DNA of 55,781 bases, counting the filler, from an uncultured bacterium (GTDB lineage Bacteria > DYJV01): the NCBI GenBank assembly GCA_964543655.1. It is 6 parts of 5 records of this genome, joined end to end, with 100 filler letters (N's around TTAATTAATTAA, not from the genome) between each part and the next. Parts side by side here need not be neighbours in the genome. Positions count along the whole stretch, not along the records: positions 43,013 to 50,252 come from CAZIZE010000099.1; positions 50,353 to 55,781 come from CAZIZE010000100.1; 4 more parts are not named here. One strand, 5' to 3'. Within the stretch, counting starts at the first letter, position 1; every line of letters starts with the position of its first letter. Positions 49,148 through 55,781 of the stretch are shown in pieces. The position numbers and the translations under genes are program-made. The notes beneath the pieces are model-generated. The model saw only the letters and a list, made by a program, of their open reading frames with translations. It was not told where the DNA came from and did no database searches.

Positions 49148-49758
49148 TGCATATATCAGAAGGCGTTTTATCAGCACCAGTTTTAATTTCAGGTGGAGTT
49201 TTATCAGCAGCAGGAGTTTACTTTGGATTAAAAAAACTTGATAATGAAAGAATACCACTTGTTGCATTGATTTCTGCTGCTTTTTTTGTAGCATCTCTAA
49301 TACATGTGCCTCTTGGGCCAACAAGTGTGCATCTTATTTTAAATGGACTTGCAGGGATTCTGCTTGGATGGGCAGCATTCCCTGCCATATTAATAGGGTT
49401 GTTTTTGCAAGCTATTCTCTTTCAGTTTGGTGGGTTAACAACACTTGGTGTAAATACATTTAACATGGCTTTTCCATCAATTATTGTTTACTATATGTTT
49501 ATGTTTTTTAAAAATAGTAATAATAAAACAGTTGTTATGATAGGAGAGTATCTTGCAGGTTTTCTATCAGTATTTTTTTCAGCTATTCTTGTAGGTGCTT
49601 CACTTTATTTTACAGGTCAATCTTTTTTGAAAGTTGCTGAATTGACAGTAATGGCACATATTCCAGTAATGATAATTGAAGGGTTTATAACTTTGATTGT
49701 TGTGGAGTTTTTAAGAAAAGTTAAACCTGAAATGTTAGAAATGGAAAAATTAAAATAA
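49147..49758 (+). CDS. cbiM: ECF Co/Ni transporter S component CbiM/NikM
   Basis: N-terminal MHISEG, then SVHLILNGL and GGLTTLGVN. Confidence 0.92.
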   Translation: MHISEGVLSAPVLISGGVLSAAGVYFGLKKLDNERIPLVALISAAFFVASLIHVPLGPTSVHLILNGLAGILLGWAAFPAILIGLFLQAILFQFGGLTTLGVNTFNMAFPSIIVYYMFMFFKNSNNKTVVMIGEYLAGFLSVFFSAILVGASLYFTGQSFLKVAELTVMAHIPVMIIEGFITLIVVEFLRKVKPEMLEMEKLK

Positions 49759-49788
49759 TTCATCAACAGCCAATTGGCTGTTGATGAA
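49759..49788. repeat. Perfect 30-bp palindrome immediately after the cbiM stop
   Basis: TTCATCAACAGCCAA|TTGGCTGTTGATGAA. Confidence 0.9.
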
Positions 49789-49815
49789 AAACTATTTTAC
49801 TTTACATTTTCCATC

Positions 49816-49933
49816 TATACAAAACCAACCTAAAAGATTTTTCGGTTTAAACCACTCAAAATGACTGCTTTTATGCTAAACAGGAGCAAATCATAAAAAA
49901 ATTGCTGTTGGATTTTGTATTTGGTTTTATATA
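49816..49933 (+). mobile_element. MITE-like element copy E (118 bp, best-preserved TIRs)
   Basis: TATACAAAACCAA...TTGGTTTTATATA, with internal AAAAGATTTTTCGGTTTAAACCACTCAAAATGAC. Confidence 0.8.
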
Positions 49934-50181
49934 ATTTTTCTGAGGAAGTTTAACGAGTGAAAAGTTTATGATTTGGTAAAATTAAGAAAATTTTAATATA
50001 ACACTAAAGATGCTATGCAAAGGTTTTAATTTATAGAAAATTATCTTAATTTTTAAAATTTTATATTGAAAAAAACAATATATATGTTAATCTGTGATAA
50101 ACCATAAAAAAAGGTGAAAAGAATCTACATTGAAAAATAGCTAAAGATGTGATAATTTTTTTAAAAAACTTTGGAGGTATT

Positions 50182-50252
50182 ATGAGGATTTGTTGCAAAG
50201 AGTATTCTATGGAGATGGAGTTATTTGCTTTAAAAAAGAAGCTTGCTGAGAA
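50182..50252 (+). CDS. Small hypothetical protein (truncated)
   Basis: GGAGGT SD, then MRICCKEYSMEMELFALKKKLAE. Confidence 0.55.
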
Positions 50253-50352
50253 NNNNNNNNNNNNNNNNNNNNNNNNNNNNNNNNNNNNNNNNNNNNTTAA
50301 TTAATTAANNNNNNNNNNNNNNNNNNNNNNNNNNNNNNNNNNNNNNNNNNNN
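50253..50352. other. Artificial contig linker
   Basis: N-TTAATTAATTAA-N. Confidence 0.98.
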
Positions 50353-50392
50353 TTTAATTGATTTATTTTGAAATTTCCTTTATTACCTCTTT

Positions 50393-51751
50393 ATGAATGC
50401 TTTTCTAATTGCTGGAACTAATAGCGGCGTAGGTAAAACAACTATCACTCTTGCATTAATATCATACTTCTCCAATCAGGGACTTTCTGTTCAACCTTAT
50501 AAAGTTGGACCTGATTTCATTGATCCAGGTTATCATAAATTATTTAGTGGTAATATCTCCATTAATCTTGACAGTTTTATGCTATCCAAATCTTACAATA
50601 TTTCAAATTTTAATCAATATTCATATAATAAAGATATTGCTATTGTTGAAGGTGTTATGGGACTTTTTGATGGTTTTAGTGGAAAAAATGAGAGGGGAAG
50701 CTCAGCTCAAATTGCAAAATGGCTGAATCTGCCTGTTATTTTAATTGTTAATTCTCAGAGTATAGCAAGAAGTGTTGCTGCAATTGTTTATGGGTTTGAG
50801 AATTTTGACAAAGATTTAAAAATTGCTGGTATAATTTTTAACAATGTTAGTAGTGAAAATCATTTTTCTTATTTAAAAGAAAGTGTTGAAAAGTATTGTA
50901 AATCAAAAGTGTTAGGATTTTTCAAAAAAGGAGATTTACCTTCTATACCTTCAAGACATCTTGGTCTTTTAACTGTTGAAGATAATGCTGAGTTTATTAA
51001 TTACAAAAAATCTCTTTCAGAAATTGTTGAAAAAAGGATCAATATTAAAAAATTACTTGGTATAACAAAATATACAGTTTCAAAGCCTCATTTAAGTAAT
51101 AAAATTAATAAAAAACTAAAAGTTGCTGTTGCTAAAGATAAAGCTTTCTCATTTTATTATGAAGATAATTTAAAATTAATTGAAAAGTATGGAGGTGAAA
51201 TAACTTTTTTTTCTCCTTTAAAAGATAAAAAATTACCAGATAATATTGAAGCTATATATTTAGGTGGTGGTTATCCTGAAATTTATGCTGAAACTCTCAG
51301 TAAAAATAGAGTATTAATAGAGCAGATAAAAAATTTTTCTGAGAATAGAGGCTTTATATATGCTGAATGTGGTGGTTTTATATATCTTACAGAAGGTGTT
51401 ATTGATTTTAATGGAAAATTTTTCCCATTAGTTGGTATTTTTAAAGACAGGGCGATTATGCAGAAAAGATTAAGGTCATTAGGATATGCAGAGGTGACTT
51501 TTACTGAAAAAACTTTTTTTGGAGAATTTGGCACAAAAATAAAGGGCCATGAATTTCATTATTCATATTTAGAGAATGGAGGAGAAGCTTTAAAAAAAAT
51601 CTATAATGTGAAAATGAGAAAATTTCCAGAAGGCAAAGCTGAAGGTTTTTTATATAAAAACACTCTTGGCAGCTACATTCACCTGCATTTTGGGAGTAAT
51701 AAAAAAGTAGTAAAAAATTTTATAGAAACAATAGCGAATAAAGGAGGATAA
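50393..51751 (+). CDS. cbiA: Cobyrinate a,c-diamide synthase
   Basis: Motifs SGVGKTT, KVGPDFIDP, EGVMGLFDG, SRHLGL, AECGG and GHEFHYS. Confidence 0.95.
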   Translation: MNAFLIAGTNSGVGKTTITLALISYFSNQGLSVQPYKVGPDFIDPGYHKLFSGNISINLDSFMLSKSYNISNFNQYSYNKDIAIVEGVMGLFDGFSGKNERGSSAQIAKWLNLPVILIVNSQSIARSVAAIVYGFENFDKDLKIAGIIFNNVSSENHFSYLKESVEKYCKSKVLGFFKKGDLPSIPSRHLGLLTVEDNAEFINYKKSLSEIVEKRINIKKLLGITKYTVSKPHLSNKINKKLKVAVAKDKAFSFYYEDNLKLIEKYGGEITFFSPLKDKKLPDNIEAIYLGGGYPEIYAETLSKNRVLIEQIKNFSENRGFIYAECGGFIYLTEGVIDFNGKFFPLVGIFKDRAIMQKRLRSLGYAEVTFTEKTFFGEFGTKIKGHEFHYSYLENGGEALKKIYNVKMRKFPEGKAEGFLYKNTLGSYIHLHFGSNKKVVKNFIETIANKGG

Positions 51752-51752
51752 A

Positions 51753-53096
51753 ATGAACAGATATGCAGAAGAAGTTCTATCATATTTAAAGAAAAAATAT
51801 TTCTGGGAAAAAGAATTCTTACAGGCTGTTGAAGAGGTTTTTAATTCAATAAGTTTGCTTCTTGATAGGGACCCAAAATATAAAAAGGAAAAAATTCTTG
51901 AAAGGCTTGTTGAGCCAGAGAGGGTTATTATGTTCAGAGTACCCTGGAGAGACGATAGAGGAGAGATTCATGTTAACACAGGATATAGAGTAGAATTTAA
52001 TAGTACACTTGGTCCATATAAAGGTGGGTTAAGATTTCATCCATCTGTTAATTTAAGTATTTTAAAATTTCTTGGCTTTGACCAAATTTTTAAAAATAGC
52101 CTTACTGGATTAATGATGGGTGGTGGAAAAGGTGGAAGTGATTTTGACTATAAAGGTAAATCAGACTCAGAAATGATGAACTTCTGCCAAAGCTTTATGA
52201 CAGAGCTTTCAAAGCATATAGGAGCCCATACAGATGTTCCAGCTGGAGATATTGGTGTTGGTGCAAGGGAAATTGGTTATCTTTTTGGACAATATAAAAG
52301 ATTGAGAAATAGTTTTGAAGGAGTTTTAACTGGTAAAGGGATAAATTGGGGTGGTAGCTATTTAAGACCAGAAGCAACAGGGTTTGGTGTGGTATACTTT
52401 ACAAATGAAGTTTTAAAAATTAGAGATGATTCTTTTGATAAAAAAAGAGTTCTTATATCTGGTGCTGGAAACGTTGCTCTGCATGCTGCTTTAAAGGTTA
52501 TTGAGCTTGGCGGAAAAGTTTTATCTCTTTCAGATTCAGATGGCTCTATAATTGATGAAGATGGAATAGATATGGAAAAATGGGAATATATTTATGAGTT
52601 AAAAGTTTACAGAAGAGGTAGAATTAAAGAGTACGCAGAAAAATTTGGAAAAAAATATTTTCAAGGCGCACGTCCATGGGGGTTAACCAAAGCTGATATT
52701 GCACTTCCATGTGCAACTGAAAATGAAATTAATCTTGACAATGCTAAAGCACTTGTTGAAAATGGTTGCTTCTGTGTTATTGAAGGTGCTAATATGCCAA
52801 CCACTCTTGATGCTGTTAAATATTTTCAGGAAAATAATATAATATTTGCACCTGGAATTGCAGCAAATGCTGGTGGAGTAGGTGTTTCAGGACTGGAAAT
52901 GGCTCAAAACAGTATGATGCTACAATGGAGTAAAGAGGAAGTTGATGAAAGATTAAAAAGAATGATGGCTCACATCCATTCTCAATGCCTTCAGGTAGCA
53001 GAAGAAATGGGGACACCAGCAAATTATGTAAATGGTGCAAATATTGCCGGTTTCAAAAAAGTGGCAGATGCAATGATTGAGCAAGGATTAGTTTAA
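51753..53096 (+). CDS. gdhA: NADP-specific glutamate dehydrogenase
   Basis: Motifs GPYKGGLRFH, GGGKGGSDF, PAGDIGVG, RPEATG and EGANMP. Confidence 0.96.
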   Translation: MNRYAEEVLSYLKKKYFWEKEFLQAVEEVFNSISLLLDRDPKYKKEKILERLVEPERVIMFRVPWRDDRGEIHVNTGYRVEFNSTLGPYKGGLRFHPSVNLSILKFLGFDQIFKNSLTGLMMGGGKGGSDFDYKGKSDSEMMNFCQSFMTELSKHIGAHTDVPAGDIGVGAREIGYLFGQYKRLRNSFEGVLTGKGINWGGSYLRPEATGFGVVYFTNEVLKIRDDSFDKKRVLISGAGNVALHAALKVIELGGKVLSLSDSDGSIIDEDGIDMEKWEYIYELKVYRRGRIKEYAEKFGKKYFQGARPWGLTKADIALPCATENEINLDNAKALVENGCFCVIEGANMPTTLDAVKYFQENNIIFAPGIAANAGGVGVSGLEMAQNSMMLQWSKEEVDERLKRMMAHIHSQCLQVAEEMGTPANYVNGANIAGFKKVADAMIEQGLV

Positions 53097-53121
53097 TTTT
53101 ATATTAAAGGAGGCGATTAAC

Positions 53122-54282
53122 TTGAAGAGGATTTACCTTGATTATAATGCCACCACTCCTGTGCATATAGAAGTTTTTAAAGCAATGAAACCTTATCTTA
53201 CTGAGAAATGGGGCAATCCATCAAGTGCCCATTGGGCAGGTGAATCCATTAAAGAAGATATTGACAATGCAAGAAAAAGTATAGCAACCTCTCTTAATTG
53301 CAACAGCAATGAAATATTTTTTACATCCTGTGGTACTGAAAGTAACAATTGGGTGATTAAATCAGTAGTGCTAAATTCAAATAAAAAGAATAAACATATT
53401 ATAACAACCAAAGTTGAGCACCCTGCTGTACTTGAAACTTGTAAGTTTTTAGAAAAGATAGGTATTAAAATAACATACCTAAATGTTAATGAACATGGGA
53501 ATTTAAATATAGAAGAATTTGAAAATGCAATTAATGAAGATACTATTTTAATTTCAATTATGATGGCCAACAATGAAACTGGCGTTACCTTTCCTATTGA
53601 AAAACTTGCTGAAATTGCTGCTAAATACAATATCCCTTTTCATACTGATGCTGTTCAAGCTTATGGAAAAGAAATAATTGATTTAAAAAATCTAAAAGTT
53701 GACTTTCTTTCAATTTCAGGACACAAAGTTTATTCACCAAAAGGAATAGGTATTTTATTTATTAGAGAAAATAATATAATAGAACCATTAATACATGGTG
53801 GGGGACAGGAAAAGGGTTTGAGAAGTGGCACTGAAAATGTTCCATACATTATAGGTTTGGGGAAATCTGCTGAAATTATTATGGAAAATTTTAAAAATAA
53901 AAAATCGAAATTAATAAAAAAGATTAGAGATAGGTTTGAAAAATTTCTATTTAATAATTTGGAAAATATTTCCATTAATGGTGATATTAACCATAGACTT
54001 CCAAATACTACAAATATCTGTTTTAAAAACATTGAAACCTCTGCTCTTATTAAAGCATTATCAATAGAAGGTATTGCTGTTTCAGCAGGTTCTGCATGTG
54101 CATCACATAAAGAATCTTTTTCCCATGTTCTTAAAGCAATGGGTAAAACTAAAATGGAGGCTTTAAGCTCCATTAGAGTTAGCCTTGGAGATTATTCAGA
54201 AGAAAGTGAAGTTCTTTATGCAGCAGAGCGGATTGTTCACTGGGTTAAAAGGTTACGTCAATTTTCTCCTGAAAAAAGTTAA
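53122..54282 (+). CDS. Group I cysteine desulfurase (IscS/NifS family)
   Basis: Motifs YLDYNATTP, HTDAVQ, SGHK, GGGQEKGLRSGTEN and SAGSAC. Confidence 0.93.
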   Translation: MKRIYLDYNATTPVHIEVFKAMKPYLTEKWGNPSSAHWAGESIKEDIDNARKSIATSLNCNSNEIFFTSCGTESNNWVIKSVVLNSNKKNKHIITTKVEHPAVLETCKFLEKIGIKITYLNVNEHGNLNIEEFENAINEDTILISIMMANNETGVTFPIEKLAEIAAKYNIPFHTDAVQAYGKEIIDLKNLKVDFLSISGHKVYSPKGIGILFIRENNIIEPLIHGGGQEKGLRSGTENVPYIIGLGKSAEIIMENFKNKKSKLIKKIRDRFEKFLFNNLENISINGDINHRLPNTTNICFKNIETSALIKALSIEGIAVSAGSACASHKESFSHVLKAMGKTKMEALSSIRVSLGDYSEESEVLYAAERIVHWVKRLRQFSPEKS

Positions 54283-54325
54283 GATTAAACTTTACATAAA
54301 TTTTTTTTTAATATATATTGTGTAT

Positions 54326-55303
54326 ATGGATGTTGCTGACTTATTTTCTCCAATAATAGAAGATTTACAAGAAGTTGAAAAAGCGATTTTTAAACATCTT
54401 GATAGTGAAATAAAACTTATTCCTACTATATGTGAACATATTTTAGGTAGTGGTGGCAAGAGGCTAAGACCAGCACTATTGCTTTTATCAGCAAAGCTTT
54501 TTGATTATAGAGGAGAGGAGCGTATCCCTCTTTCTGTAGCAGTTGAATATATTCACACAGCTACTCTTCTCCATGATGATGTTGTTGACAATTCTGTTCT
54601 TAGGCGGGGTAAAAAATCTGCCAATTCTATTTGGGGAAATGAAGCAAGTGTTTTAGTAGGTGACTTTTTATTTGCCAAAGCTTTTATACTAATGGTGGGA
54701 TGTAACAATTTAGACATTCTTGGGCTATTATCCAATGCTACAGGTGATTTAGCACAAGGAGAAATTTTTGAACTTGTGAAAACAGGTGATATTAATACAT
54801 CCATTAATGATTACTTTAAAATTATTGAAAAAAAGACAGCTGTGTTATTTTCAGCAGCATGTGAAATAGGTGCTATTTTAGCAAACCAAAGTATTAATAC
54901 AAGAAAGGCATTAAATAATTTTGGCAAAAATATAGGAATAGCTTTTCAATTAGTTGATGATGCCCTTGATTATATTTCCACAGACAATGTTCTCGGGAAA
55001 AAAATCGGTACAGATTTAGAAGAAGGTAAAGTTACCTATCCATTAATCACTGCTTTGAAAAATTCTTCATGCAAAGAAGAGTATGAAAGAGCAAAAGATA
55101 TATTTTTTAAAGATGATCACACAAAAGAAGAGATAGATTATTTAAAAAGCTTTGTTATAAAAAATAAAGGCATAGAATCAACCATTGAAAGTGCCAATGA
55201 ATATATTAATAAAGCAAAAGAGAATCTTACTGATTTTAAAAATAGTGAAGTAAAAGATTCTCTGTTAAAATTAGCAGATTTTATAGTAAAAAGGAGATTT
55301 TAA
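54326..55303 (+). CDS. ispB: Polyprenyl diphosphate synthase (IspB/HepT-like)
   Basis: Motifs GGKRLRP, LLHDDVVD..RRG and FQLVDDALD. Start moved to ATG 54326. Confidence 0.9.
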   Translation: MDVADLFSPIIEDLQEVEKAIFKHLDSEIKLIPTICEHILGSGGKRLRPALLLLSAKLFDYRGEERIPLSVAVEYIHTATLLHDDVVDNSVLRRGKKSANSIWGNEASVLVGDFLFAKAFILMVGCNNLDILGLLSNATGDLAQGEIFELVKTGDINTSINDYFKIIEKKTAVLFSAACEIGAILANQSINTRKALNNFGKNIGIAFQLVDDALDYISTDNVLGKKIGTDLEEGKVTYPLITALKNSSCKEEYERAKDIFFKDDHTKEEIDYLKSFVIKNKGIESTIESANEYINKAKENLTDFKNSEVKDSLLKLADFIVKRRF

Positions 55304-55304
55304 A

Positions 55305-55472
55305 ATTAACAAAAGTACTATTATTTATATTATTGCAGGAATAATTTTTGGATTAATTTATGGTTTTATTTTAAGAAAGATGAAAAGCGGGTGAGCATGT
55401 GCACAGTTTCCCGTTTGGCTAATGGGATTAATAGGTGGAGTTTTAGGTTTTTTACTATCAAATAAGCCTTAA
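55305..55472 (+). CDS. Unannotated 55-aa two-TM membrane protein, probable selenoprotein (U30-x-C32), ATT start
   Basis: AGGAG-N8-ATT, giving MNKSTIIYIIAGIIFGLIYGFILRKMKSG-U-ACAQFPVWLMGLIGGVLGFLLSNKP*. TGA at 55392-55394, hairpin at 55409-55427. Confidence 0.7.
55409..55427 (+). promoter_or_regulatory. Candidate bacterial SECIS element
   Basis: TCCCGTT-TGGCT-AATGGGA. The loop begins 21 nt after UGA, with G at loop position 2. Confidence 0.6.
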
Positions 55473-55550
55473 TTTCAGCTCCTGTTTTACTTTTGTTCCC
55501 TGCTTTATGAATGGTATAAGAAAATTTATTAATTTTAAAAGGAGGAATTA

Positions 55551-55781
55551 ATGAGTGAAAAAGTTATACATGTAACAGATGATTCTTTTAAGGATGTTGT
55601 TTTAAATGCTGATAAACCTTCTCTTGTGGATTTTTGGGCATCTTGGTGTGGACCATGCCTTGCTCTTGCACCAGTAATAGATGATATTGCAGAAGAATAC
55701 TCAGATAAAATTAATATTTGCAAATTAAATGTTGATGAAAATCAGAAAACAGCTATGGAATATGGAATTAAAGGTATTCCT
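55551..55781 (+). CDS. trxA: Thioredoxin (runs off the window)
   Basis: Not in the ORF track. AGGAGG SD, then MSEKVIHVTDDSF...VDFWASWCGPC...KLNVDEN. Confidence 0.96.
   Translation, partial: MSEKVIHVTDDSFKDVVLNADKPSLVDFWASWCGPCLALAPVIDDIAEEYSDKINICKLNVDENQKTAMEYGIKGIP

Noticed and set aside
17132-50352. Five identical TTAATTAATTAA units within N runs, considered as a repeat or CRISPR-like array
   Set aside because: They are identical 100-nt artificial contig linkers. Stops of ORFs ending inside them, and adjacency across them, are artefacts.
53122-54282. The cysteine desulfurase as a dedicated selenocysteine lyase for the nearby selenoprotein
   Set aside because: Its motifs are those of an ordinary group I enzyme, and the gene string is functionally mixed. 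Proximity alone is insufficient.
890-55723. Many short alternative-frame or antisense ORFs in the track (for example 890-1297, 3393-3857, 10109-10567, 31867-32295, 53193-53630, 55535-55723)
   Set aside because: They are nested in well-supported genes and have no recognisable motifs.
1-55781. rRNA, tRNA, CRISPR arrays, transposases, prophage or defence systems
   Set aside because: None were recognised by eye. Intergenic gaps are short and AT-rich, with no cloverleaf or repeat-spacer pattern.

Overview
This is a low-GC (about 28-30% by eye) bacterial sequence made of six contigs: 1-17131, 17232-20576, 20677-38907, 39008-42912, 43013-50252 and 50353-55781. They are joined by artificial 100-nt N-TTAATTAATTAA-N linkers, so gene adjacency across a linker has no biological meaning. 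Gene content suggests a motile, diderm anaerobe resembling Desulfobacterota (inference). It includes C1/corrinoid genes (fhs, a RACo-like activator, cbiA/G/H/M), hypF-hypE, an rpsP-khpA-rimM-trmD-rplS-rnhB operon extended by fliI-fliJ-arsC, TRAP and Liv-type ABC transporters, recJ-mutL, mraZ-rsmH and flagellin. Four main signals are missed or unexplained by the ORF track. (1) Two probable selenoproteins, each with an in-frame UGA followed by a SECIS-like hairpin of matching geometry: a YeeE/YedE protein (GG-U-PG) and an unannotated 55-aa two-helix membrane protein (U-x-C, ATT start) directly upstream of thioredoxin. (2) A BamD-LptA fusion protein. (3) A family of about 120-bp MITE-like elements (5 copies on 3 contigs) with TA-ended terminal inverted repeats, an internal hairpin and an outward-facing promoter-like end. 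(4) A subtilase/SLH-like surface protein fragment of more than 1100 aa. All calls come from reading motifs by eye; no database searches were run.
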